Shown here piece by piece: positions 36,974-45,212 of a stretch of 64,000 nt of DNA. The stretch's first letter is position 1; every line of letters starts with the position of its first letter. Both the position numbers and the translations under genes were made by a program. The notes under the pieces were generated by a model, which was given only the letters and a program-made list of their open reading frames with translations, had not been told where the DNA came from and did not search any database. This DNA comes from an uncultured Gammaproteobacteria bacterium. GTDB taxonomy: Bacteria; Patescibacteriota; Microgenomatia; Woykebacterales; RBG-16-39-9b. The stretch spans positions 412,264 to 476,263 of the forward strand of contig CAYHXX010000001.1 of assembly GCA_964360785.1 (NCBI GenBank), given 5' to 3'.

Positions 36974-37213
36974 ATGAAAAAATCAAATTTCGAACGCATA
37001 AACATAATCTTTCCTAAAGAAGTGGCTGAAAAATTGAGAAAAATCCCTTCCGGCAGCCGCAGCAACTTAGTTGTTGGCGCTACAGAAAAAGCTTTACAGG
37101 AAAAAAGTAAGGCCGGAATTTACGAAAGACTCTTGGAACTTAGAAGGAACCAAAAACCTCTCCCTCCTGGAACTATTGTTAAATGGGTGAGAGAGGATAG
37201 AAACAGCCACTAA
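36974..37213 (+). CDS. Putative VapB-like antitoxin
   Basis: 79 aa. Immediately upstream of a PIN gene (7-nt gap). TTGACT-17-TAATGT promoter-like element upstream. Confidence 0.45.
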   Translation: MKKSNFERINIIFPKEVAEKLRKIPSGSRSNLVVGATEKALQEKSKAGIYERLLELRRNQKPLPPGTIVKWVREDRNSH

Positions 37214-37220
37214 TTACCCC

Positions 37221-37640
37221 TTGCGAATGAAACTCGTTATTGATGCCTCGGTAATACTCAAGATAACTCTTGTTGAAAACGAAGAAGATCAACAAATAGC
37301 ATTAGCTATTCTTAAACTTTTTCAAGATGGAGAGATCGACATTGTCTTGCCAAGTTTTTGGTTGTTTGAGGTTGGAAACACTTTGATTAGGAAAAATGTT
37401 GATTTTGAAGAACTTTACTCCTATCTGCTTGAAATCGGATTCCGACAGCATAATTTTAGCAAAGCAGAACTAATCGAGATTGGCACTTTTGCAAAAACTT
37501 TTAACGTTTCATTCTATGATGCATCGTACCACGTACTTGCAAAGTTAATAAACTATACTTTTGTAACCGCAGACGAAAAGTATTTTGAAAAAACAAAAAA
37601 AACTGGCAATATCGCTTTGTTAAAGAATTTAAAAATTTAA
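37221..37640 (+). CDS. vapC: PIN-domain (VapC-like) ribonuclease toxin
   Basis: LVIDASVILK N-terminal PIN motif with conserved acidic positions. 139 aa. Confidence 0.7.
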   Translation: MRMKLVIDASVILKITLVENEEDQQIALAILKLFQDGEIDIVLPSFWLFEVGNTLIRKNVDFEELYSYLLEIGFRQHNFSKAELIEIGTFAKTFNVSFYDASYHVLAKLINYTFVTADEKYFEKTKKTGNIALLKNLKI

Positions 37641-37647
37641 GCACCTA

Positions 37648-37722
37648 CGGGGTGTAGTTCAGTGGTAGAACGCAGGGCTGGGGGTCCTGATGTCGGAGGT
37701 TCAATTCCTCTCACCCCGACCA
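37648..37722 (+). tRNA. tRNA-Pro (anticodon GGG), CCA-encoded
   Basis: Cloverleaf: acceptor CGGGGTG/CACCCCG; D arm GTTC-AGTGGTA-GAAC; anticodon stem CAGGG/TCCTG with loop CTGGGGG (U33, G37); T arm GGAGG-TTCAATT-CCTCT; 3' terminal ACCA. Confidence 0.85.
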
Positions 37723-37742
37723 AGGTTTCTGAGGCTAATCAC

Positions 37743-38681
37743 TTACTTCACTACAACAACTATTTTTCCTTTTGGATGTTGGGTCTCAAAATACTCAAAG
37801 GCGGTTTTTGTTTCTACAAATGGCAAGGTTTTTTCGATTTGCACTTTCACTTTTCCACTGTCTACTAGTTCGGCAAGTTCTTTGAGTTGTTCGGTACTAA
37901 CAGTTGTCATCTGACTAATTGCTGTAACTTCGTGCTGTTTGGCCAACTCTTGGTCAGGCTGACCTGCCATTGAAACTAACTTTCCGTCTTTTTTCAAAAT
38001 AGAGAAGAGTTTATTTAGCCCTTCACCACCAGCTGTATCAAAAACCCCATCGTAATCTTTCAAAGCTTTTGTTACATCTTGTGTTTTATAGTCTAAAACT
38101 TCATCGGCTCCAAGATTTTTTGCAAAGTCTATCTCACTGCCTGCAACAGTAGTTGCAACGTAAGCACCTTTCAGTTTTGCAATTTGGATTGCCAGCGAGC
38201 CAACCCCACCAGCTCCTCCTTGAATGAGAATCTTTTGACCAGATTGAACATTCAGTTCTTCGAAAACTCCTTGCAAGGCACTTGCTCCTGCTAATGGAAG
38301 CGCTGCCGCTTGACTAAAATCAAGAGATTTTGGTTTGTGAGCTGTATTTGCACTATTTGCTGATACAAACTCTGCCAAAGCTCCGGAACCACCTTTAAAA
38401 GTTCCAGCGTTACCGTATACCTCATCACCTACTTTAAACTTAGAAACACCATCTCCTAGTTCAGTAACAACTCCAGCAAAATCCCCACCTAAAGTTAATG
38501 GCATTTGAACTGGCATCATTTTTTTTAAATACCCCTTTCGAAAAGCTGAATCAATTCTGTTAAGACTGGCTGCGTGCACCTCAACCAAAATTTGCCCGGC
38601 TTTCAGTGTGGGTTTCTTAGCTTCACTATTAAATTCAATTGCTTCTACCCCACCATAATTAGCTATCTGTACTGCTTTCAT
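37743..38681 (-). CDS. Zn-dependent/MDR-family NADPH:quinone oxidoreductase
   Basis: GroES-like N-domain and a Rossmann GGAGGVGS motif. 312 aa. Confidence 0.8.
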   Translation of the reverse strand: MKAVQIANYGGVEAIEFNSEAKKPTLKAGQILVEVHAASLNRIDSAFRKGYLKKMMPVQMPLTLGGDFAGVVTELGDGVSKFKVGDEVYGNAGTFKGGSGALAEFVSANSANTAHKPKSLDFSQAAALPLAGASALQGVFEELNVQSGQKILIQGGAGGVGSLAIQIAKLKGAYVATTVAGSEIDFAKNLGADEVLDYKTQDVTKALKDYDGVFDTAGGEGLNKLFSILKKDGKLVSMAGQPDQELAKQHEVTAISQMTTVSTEQLKELAELVDSGKVKVQIEKTLPFVETKTAFEYFETQHPKGKIVVVVK

Positions 38682-38775
38682 AAAACACCTCTCTTGTTAT
38701 CTATTAAACTAAGTTTTAGAATATACTTATTACTTCATTAAGTAAAGTAGTTACCAAAAGGAAAGTAATAGAATT

Positions 38776-39093
38776 ATGGATGGTACTAAGGATCTACACA
38801 CAAATTGTGGGATGAATAAAACATTAAAAATAATTGGTCGTAAATGGACAGTATTAATTATCCACAATCTTTTGGAAGGTACTAAAAGATTTGGTGAAAT
38901 CCAACATTCGCTACCTGGTATTAGCCCAAAGACCCTAACGCAACGATTAGTGGAGCTAGAAAAAGAAGGAATACTAAAAAAGAAAGTGTTCGCCGAGATT
39001 CCTTTACACGTTGAATATACCTTAACTACCAAGGGATTATCGCTAAATGAGGTTTTTGGAAAAATGATTGAGTGGGGAGAAAAACCTATTTAA
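38776..39093 (+). CDS. HxlR-family transcriptional regulator
   Basis: C-x-KTLKIIGRKWTVLIIHNLLEGTKRFGEIQ winged helix. Divergent from the oxidoreductase, with the palindrome TTACTTcattAAGTAA in between. Confidence 0.85.
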   Translation: MDGTKDLHTNCGMNKTLKIIGRKWTVLIIHNLLEGTKRFGEIQHSLPGISPKTLTQRLVELEKEGILKKKVFAEIPLHVEYTLTTKGLSLNEVFGKMIEWGEKPI

Positions 39094-39229
39094 ATTCTCT
39101 AACTATATCTATGATCATTCAGTCGGAACCAAAGGTTCATGATAACTACTAACTATCAGCAGCCCGATCAAACAAGACCGAATAGCTGTTAAAATAGAGT
39201 AAAATAAAAATGGAGGAAAAGAATAAGCT

Positions 39230-39655
39230 ATGACAAACAACAAAAAGGTCAAAGGATTCTCGAACGAGGAACGGGCTGCGATGAGGGAGCGTGCCCAAGA
39301 GCTTAAGACGGAAGCGCAGAAGGCGGATGGGGAGATGGCCGTGCTTGCTGCGATTGCTGCGATGTCAGAACCGGATCGCACCATTGCCAAACGGCTTCAC
39401 ACACTCATTAAAGAAAGCGCACCAACGCTCACGAGCAAAACTTGGTATGGATTTCCTGCATATGCTAAGGATGACAAGGTAATCTGCTTCTTCCAATATG
39501 CGGGAAAGTTCAAAACGAGGTACGCGACTTTTGGCTTCAGTGACACTGCCAAACTTGACGAAGGGAACATGTGGCCTGTCGCTTTCGCGCTGACAAAGTT
39601 GACAGACAGTGAAGAGGCGAAGATCGCTGCGTTCGTGAAGAAAGCCGTGAACTGA
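39230..39655 (+). CDS. DUF1801 (YdhG-like) domain protein, GC-elevated
   Basis: [25 protein letters not shown] is the core DUF1801 motif. GC is clearly above the window background. Confidence 0.6.
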   Translation: MTNNKKVKGFSNEERAAMRERAQELKTEAQKADGEMAVLAAIAAMSEPDRTIAKRLHTLIKESAPTLTSKTWYGFPAYAKDDKVICFFQYAGKFKTRYATFGFSDTAKLDEGNMWPVAFALTKLTDSEEAKIAAFVKKAVN

Positions 39656-39688
39656 TGTCAATAATTTGATAATATTTATTCAGAGGAG

Positions 39689-39913
39689 GTGGTTAATTTG
39701 TCAGACGAAAAAACTTTTTTCAAATTCCAACACGCGGAAAAAGTAGTGAACAATGGTGGCTCAGGAGCTATTTATGGACTGGGTATTATTGGGGCATTTA
39801 TATACTTTATGCAACAAGCAGATGGGTTTTGGGCCGTTGTTTGGGGGATTATACAAGCAATTTTTTGGCCAGCCGTTCTTGTATACGAAGCCCTGAAACT
39901 TCTAAACTTGTAA
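39689..39913 (+). CDS. Small 2-TM membrane protein
   Basis: AGGAGG precedes a GTG/TTG start. GAIYGLGIIGAFIYFMQQADGFWAVVWGIIQAIFWPAVLVY. Confidence 0.4.
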   Translation: MVNLSDEKTFFKFQHAEKVVNNGGSGAIYGLGIIGAFIYFMQQADGFWAVVWGIIQAIFWPAVLVYEALKLLNL

Positions 39914-39987
39914 AGTTGTGCTTCTCAAGTTACCCAACAAAGGCTGTCAAAAACACTTTAGCCATCGTGGAAAAATACTTTTCTCAT

Positions 39988-40430
39988 TTATCCCTTCCCT
40001 TCTTTAAAAGTTGGGATATCTTTCCATAATTGGCTCTTATCATGTGGGTTTCCAGAATTATAATTAACTATAATCTCCTCATCTTTCTTTATATCTTTAA
40101 TCGCTTTAAACTCAAGTGTTTTATCTTTTGAAATTTTTCTATAGGTAGCGTTTGGTTCGTATGAATGATTGTAAACGGAACCAAAACCCAAAACTATGGC
40201 GAGCAGGTTTCTGTCATCATCAAAAGAAAAATAATAAGTAGCTAGAATACTTTCCTGCAATACAAATACATCATCAACTGGAATTTCAATCATAGGACAG
40301 ATTTCGATAATCTCATCTTTATCGATATCTTGAGAAGCAAAGACTCCTCGCCCCGCGTTTTTTATTTTGGATTTCGCTAAATATATTTTCTTAGACGGAT
40401 AGATGGTTTTCATAGCTGTCGGTTTAGCAC
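39988..40430 (-). CDS. SET-domain protein (putative protein-lysine methyltransferase). The track ORF extends to 40563; likely start is the ATG at 40430
   Basis: GRGVFA...EIIEICP...NHSYEPN...EEIIVNY are classic SET motifs. Confidence 0.6.
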
Positions 40431-40457
40431 TTTTATAAATAGGTTGGGAGCCTAGGA

Positions 40458-40868
40458 CTAGATCGGCTCCCGGATCTTTCTCGCTGAGATTTCTTCCAAA
40501 ATCCAAGTAGCAGGGTATGAAGTTTTGATCATGTCTTCCCGGCACCAACAGTAGAGAAACCAAGAAGCTACTGATACTCCGATAACAACCAGAGGCACTC
40601 CCACTTGTGGGTAACCTCCGAAGGCAAGACCTAGACCCGGGGCAAGCACAGCCATTGCCTCAAGAAAACGGCGGATCGAAGAGTCACACAGAGCAATTCC
40701 AATCACTACAAATGTAACGGCTAAACCTACAGTTACCTGCCACAAAGTCCTGCGAGTTAACAGGACAATCCGGACCAAGATCGGTGTTGTCAGCGGTTGT
40801 GAAGATGGCGTTCGTCCATATCTTCTCTCCCACCTTAGCCCCGAGCCCGGTTTACATGAAGTTTTCAC
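40458..40868 (-). CDS. Hypothetical membrane protein (GC-elevated segment); could be a GC-driven spurious ORF
   Basis: Two or three TM helices. Weak or distant SD. Confidence 0.3.
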   Translation of the reverse strand: MKTSCKPGSGLRWERRYGRTPSSQPLTTPILVRIVLLTRRTLWQVTVGLAVTFVVIGIALCDSSIRRFLEAMAVLAPGLGLAFGGYPQVGVPLVVIGVSVASWFLYCWCREDMIKTSYPATWILEEISARKIREPI

Positions 40869-40945
40869 ACTTACACCTCCAAAACGATCTCGCGCTACCT
40901 GCCCTCAACCACACCATTCTAGCACTTTAGTGGTAGAATCTGAAT

Positions 40946-41497
40946 ATGAAAATACCAAAAGAAGCAAAAAGAGTTTTTGAGGGAATTATTTTTGATGTTT
41001 ACCATTGGGAACAGAAAATGTTTGATAGTAGCACGGCAACTTTCGAAGCCCTGAAAAGACCTGACACCGTTCAGATAATTCCTGTCCAAGACGAGAAGAT
41101 TTTACTTGCCTATGAAGCACAGCCAAACCGAGAAGCAACTTACACTTTTTTCGGTGGTCGAGTTGAAAAGGGTGAAGACCAGATAACCGCTGCAAAGCGA
41201 GAGCTACTTGAAGAAACTGGTCTCGAATCAAACGATTGGGAACTCTACAAAATCTATGACATCGAATCAAAGATTGAGTGGGAGGTCTATTTATATTTCG
41301 CACGAAACTGTAAGAAAGTAGCCGAACCACATCTTGATGCTGGCGAAAAGATAGAAGTGAAAGCAGTAAATTTTGAAGCATTTCTCAAAATTACCGCTGA
41401 CGAGAAGTTTTGGGGAACTGAAATCGCCATTGATATTTTCCGAATGAAAGAAGATACGGAAAAATTGGGAGAATTTAGGAATAAGTTGCTGGGCTAA
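40946..41497 (+). CDS. NUDIX hydrolase
   Basis: Nudix box GGRVEKGEDQITAAKRELLEETGL. Confidence 0.8.
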   Translation: MKIPKEAKRVFEGIIFDVYHWEQKMFDSSTATFEALKRPDTVQIIPVQDEKILLAYEAQPNREATYTFFGGRVEKGEDQITAAKRELLEETGLESNDWELYKIYDIESKIEWEVYLYFARNCKKVAEPHLDAGEKIEVKAVNFEAFLKITADEKFWGTEIAIDIFRMKEDTEKLGEFRNKLLG

Positions 41498-41521
41498 AGT
41501 CCACTCAACCTCCAGAAACTT

Positions 41522-41875
41522 TTACAAGTTTTCCTTCACTCTAAACTCCACGATCTTGGTGACCAGCTCTAAGGGTAAGGGTTGATCTAGAGGAAATTGG
41601 ACAGAGCCCTTTCCTTGTTTATACGCAGACAATTCCTTTTTGAAGGCTACAATGCCAGAGGGTACCGGGTAAAATCCAATATGACTCTTGAACGCTGCAA
41701 AATGTACTAAATTTTTACCGTTTAGTTTAAAGGTGGGCATTTGATAGCTGATCGTTTCTTGTGCTTCGGGCGCCGCTTTTTTGACCGCCTGGCAAAAAGT
41801 CCGCAGCAAATCTTGCACTTCTTTCGGAAAGGTGCTGATATACTGATCTATGGTTTTGAAATCGCTTTTTTTCAT
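41522..41875 (-). CDS. DUF1801 (YdhG-like) family protein
   Basis: TIDQYISTFPKEVQ...ISYQMPTFKLNGKNLVHFAAFKSHIGFYP matches the YdhG family closely. Confidence 0.7.
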   Translation of the reverse strand: MKKSDFKTIDQYISTFPKEVQDLLRTFCQAVKKAAPEAQETISYQMPTFKLNGKNLVHFAAFKSHIGFYPVPSGIVAFKKELSAYKQGKGSVQFPLDQPLPLELVTKIVEFRVKENL

Positions 41876-41879
41876 CTAC

Positions 41880-42566
41880 CTAATCTCCCCCGCCAAAATG
41901 CGAACTATTCTCCCCAGATGAATCAGAACCATCTGATTTTTGCTCTGAATCCTTGGGACTACTCCCTTTATTTTCAGACTCCTTATTAATTTGCTCACCT
42001 TTAACATCACCTTCGTTAAGTACTTTTTCAATCTCCTCTTTTGATTTTTCTGAGGCCCCTTCTTGTGCCTTTTTTAAATTGTCCTCTGCTTGCCTGATAC
42101 TATCTTTATTCTCAGACTCAGAGGATTGTTTCTGGTAGTCTTCCAAACTCTTTTTAATTGAGTCGTCATTTTCGTTTTTCTCGATCAAACTTTTTACCTC
42201 TTCACTACGGCGAACGGGAATATCATCTTTAAATTCAGGATTAATCTGCTCAAACACAGTTTCTGACAACCTTTTTACCGGATAAAGCGGCTCGCCGGGA
42301 AGGCTCCCCTGCGAAGCAAAAACAGATGCTCCAGCTAGAGATAAACCTCCAAGCGCTAGACCAAAAGGCCTTATATAACGTCGCCAATCAAAACCGGAAC
42401 GTTTATTAAGCTGACCTAATACTTGATTAACGTTTTTTAGCTTAAGTTCTTGGCTTCTTTCGAACATTGGTTTTTTCAAAGACTGTTCAAAATTTGCCAG
42501 TTCTGCTGCCTCCGACGGTTCGGCTCCAGCAGCGATTAGTTCATTTATTAAATATTTACTGTCCAT
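41880..42566 (-). CDS. Putative membrane-anchored anti-sigma factor
   Basis: Overlaps the ECF sigma stop by 11 nt. One TM (FGLALGGLSLAGASVFA). Acidic low-complexity extracytoplasmic tail. Confidence 0.5.
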   Translation of the reverse strand: MDSKYLINELIAAGAEPSEAAELANFEQSLKKPMFERSQELKLKNVNQVLGQLNKRSGFDWRRYIRPFGLALGGLSLAGASVFASQGSLPGEPLYPVKRLSETVFEQINPEFKDDIPVRRSEEVKSLIEKNENDDSIKKSLEDYQKQSSESENKDSIRQAEDNLKKAQEGASEKSKEEIEKVLNEGDVKGEQINKESENKGSSPKDSEQKSDGSDSSGENSSHFGGGD

Positions 42567-43035
42567 TTAATTCCTCTTTTAATTTTTTTAACCCTCTAAA
42601 CTGTAGTATTCGAACATTACCTTCACTTATCCCCAGAATAGCACCAACCTCAGCAGCACTTAAGTCCTCAAAAAACCTGAGGATAACTACTTCTCGCAAA
42701 TTCTCCGGAAGTTTGACCAAAGCTTGCTGCAAACTTTGAGCGGCTTCATCCTTTTCCAGATTCTCAACCAAATCTTGATCGACACTTATTTCTTCTGCCA
42801 GTTCAAGCGAACTTGTCTTCTTCGCGCGGTAAAAATCAATCAGTAAATTACGTGCAATCCGGAAAAGCCAAGCTTGCGGATAGCCTTCTTTGAACCCTTT
42901 CCATTTTTTGAAAGCCTTAAAAAACACTTCGCTTGTCAAATCCTCAGCTCTAGGAACATCTTTAAGGTGCCAGTAAAGGAATCGGAAGATCTTATCAGAA
43001 TATTTAAGGTAAATTTCGGTAAACTCGTCAACCAT
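42556..43035 (-). CDS. ECF-type RNA polymerase sigma factor (sigma-70 regions 2 and 4)
   Basis: Region 2 (FKAFKKW...AWLFRIARNLLIDFYR) and region 4 (LPENLREVVILRFFEDLSAAEVGAILGISEGNVRILQFRGLKKLK). Confidence 0.85.
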   Translation of the reverse strand: MVDEFTEIYLKYSDKIFRFLYWHLKDVPRAEDLTSEVFFKAFKKWKGFKEGYPQAWLFRIARNLLIDFYRAKKTSSLELAEEISVDQDLVENLEKDEAAQSLQQALVKLPENLREVVILRFFEDLSAAEVGAILGISEGNVRILQFRGLKKLKEELNGQ

Positions 43036-43066
43036 AGAATCTTCATTCTACCATCCCTCTAAAATA

Positions 43067-43096
43067 TGTAACGTATCACTTAGCTTTTCGTTATAC
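43067..43096. promoter_or_regulatory. Candidate bidirectional ECF-type promoter: TGTAAC-N16-CGTTA on plus, mirrored TATAAC-N16-CGTTA on minus
   Basis: The element is end-palindromic (TAACG...CGTTA). It sits between the ECF sigma operon (minus) and the His-rich secreted protein gene (plus). Resembles the Bacillus sigW/sigX-type AAC-N16/17-CGT motifs. Confidence 0.35.
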
Positions 43097-43152
43097 ATGT
43101 ACAGAGGGCAATATTAGCCCCTCTTTATTAACCTAAAGGAGTTTTTCGAAAA

Positions 43153-43596
43153 ATGAGAAAATTATTTTTGGTTCTTCCGACCCTTTTATTATTAGCTACT
43201 CCGGTTGCTGTTCTTGCTGAAAAGGACAGTCATGAAAATCATGGCTCTGAAGTTTCAGTGGTTGCAAAAGAAAATGATGACGACCACGGTTCAAAGGTTT
43301 CCCTTGTTGCCAAAGATAATCATGGAACAAACTTAGGAAACAGGGAAAATGATGAGGATGAAGGTAATGAGATTGAAAGAGAAGATCATCACAAGAATGC
43401 AACCATTTCTGCAAATGCACACGGAAACCAACAGCTAAAAATTAAAATAAAAATTAAAGGTGACAATAGCTTAGGATCGGCAGTGTCTGCTACTCACTCG
43501 GCTACTCCAAGTGCTTCTCTCAAGATTAGTGGTCCGCTCGACCAGGTAATTGACGTACTCAACAAAGTATTAGATTTCCTCAAAAGTTTGGTCTAA
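43153..43596 (+). CDS. Secreted His/Asp/Glu-rich repeat protein
   Basis: Signal peptide. Repeats HGSEVSVVAKEND / HGSKVSLVAKDNHG, then KIKIKIK. 147 aa. Confidence 0.5.
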   Translation: MRKLFLVLPTLLLLATPVAVLAEKDSHENHGSEVSVVAKENDDDHGSKVSLVAKDNHGTNLGNRENDEDEGNEIEREDHHKNATISANAHGNQQLKIKIKIKGDNSLGSAVSATHSATPSASLKISGPLDQVIDVLNKVLDFLKSLV

Positions 43597-43752
43597 ACCA
43601 AAGAGCGAAGGGGGCAGTCTGCGGATTGCCCTTTTCTGCTTGACCCTCTATCTCTCCTCCCAGTTAAAATTTATCTCCAAGTCTATTGTTATTCAGGCTA
43701 AATTAAGTTATTCTATAGTCTCGCAACCAAACCTAAATCTGATTAATAAATT

Positions 43753-45159
43753 ATGAGTCCCTTTTCAACAAAAAAAGTTAAGGTCATTGCAACGCTTGGT
43801 CCTGCTTCAGATTCTCGAGAAAAAATTCTTGAGTTAGCTCAAGCTGGAGTTAATGTTTTTCGAATTAACCTGTCCCATGCAGTTAAAGACGAAATTCTTG
43901 ACCGAATCAATAGAGTCCGCCAAGCAGAAAAAATACTAGGCCAACCCCTGGCAGTTATGGGGGACTTAGTCGGACCGAAAATACGTATTGGGACTGTAGC
44001 CCCGGGAATAACGCTCGAGCCGGGTAAAAAGATCAAAATTTTAGCTAAACAAATCTATGGGTCTAGCGACGCAATTTCACTTAACTTCCCAGCAATAATT
44101 AAAAATTTGGAAAAAGGCTATGATATTTATCTTGGTGACGGCGAAATAAAACTCGTAGTAATTGAAAAAACTCCTGAAGGAGTGGTTACTAAAGTAATTG
44201 TTGGCGGAGACTTGCGTGACCGTATGGGTTTTTCCTCTCAAGGTATTTCAATGCGTTTTCCTTTGACTGAGAAAGACGAGAATGATATCAAAATGATGGC
44301 TGATTTGGGAGCTGATGCACTTGCGGTTTCGTTTGTTCAAAGTAGCAAAAACATCGAAGAGGTCAGAAAACTACTCCCGCCAAGAAAACCGTTGATGTTA
44401 ATCGCCAAGATTGAAACCTTGGAAGCAGTTGAAAGGGCCGAGGAAATCCTGGAGGTTTCCGATGGCCTGATGGTCGCCAGAGGCGATCTTGGTTTTTCTG
44501 TTCCCTTAGCCGAACTTCCCCACATCCAAAAGAGTTTGATTAACCTTTGTTTAAGAAAATCCAAACCGGTAATTACAGCCACTCAAATGCTCGAATCAAT
44601 GATCAACAGTCATATCCCCACCAGAGCTGAGGTAACTGATGTCGCCAATGCAATTCTCGACGGAACTGATGCGGTGATGCTTTCAGCTGAAACGGCGATT
44701 GGAAAGTTTCCGATTGAAACAGTCAACATGATGGTAAAAATTATCAAGGAAGCAGAAACTAAGATTCCTAAAAAGGATTTTACTGATTCTGATATTATTG
44801 CTGATGCTGTTAGTACCTCTGCTGTTGATATTGCCGATCGAACCAATTCGCAATTAATTATTGTCTTTTCCCAAAGCGGTCACACTGCCCGCTTGATTTC
44901 CCGCCATCGTCCAAACCAGTTGATTATTACCTGTTCTCCCGAACCTGCGACTATTCGCAATTTAAATTTTACCTGGGGTGTTTACTCGCATCTGATTAAA
45001 CCAACCAAAAATTTTGATGGGCTTCTTTTGGATGCTAGGAATATTGCCAAAAATAATAACTTTCTAACTATCAAGAAAAAAGAAAATTTTGTAATTTGCG
45101 CCGGCGCTCCCTTTGGACGCAGCGGGACTACAAATTTGGTTTGGGTGAATAAGGTCTAG
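43753..45159 (+). CDS. pyk: Pyruvate kinase
   Basis: Full PK barrel/A/C domains including the MVARGDLG motif. 468 aa. Confidence 0.9.
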   Translation: MSPFSTKKVKVIATLGPASDSREKILELAQAGVNVFRINLSHAVKDEILDRINRVRQAEKILGQPLAVMGDLVGPKIRIGTVAPGITLEPGKKIKILAKQIYGSSDAISLNFPAIIKNLEKGYDIYLGDGEIKLVVIEKTPEGVVTKVIVGGDLRDRMGFSSQGISMRFPLTEKDENDIKMMADLGADALAVSFVQSSKNIEEVRKLLPPRKPLMLIAKIETLEAVERAEEILEVSDGLMVARGDLGFSVPLAELPHIQKSLINLCLRKSKPVITATQMLESMINSHIPTRAEVTDVANAILDGTDAVMLSAETAIGKFPIETVNMMVKIIKEAETKIPKKDFTDSDIIADAVSTSAVDIADRTNSQLIIVFSQSGHTARLISRHRPNQLIITCSPEPATIRNLNFTWGVYSHLIKPTKNFDGLLLDARNIAKNNNFLTIKKKENFVICAGAPFGRSGTTNLVWVNKV

Positions 45160-45212
45160 GTCTTGCAGAGTATATCTGCTACTATAAAGGTTGAAATCTA
45201 ACCTCCGCAAAA

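Noticed and set aside
39115-39390. 91-aa minus ORF
   Set aside because: It overlaps the DUF1801 gene in the GC-elevated patch and has Ala/Ser-rich low complexity, so it is taken as spurious.
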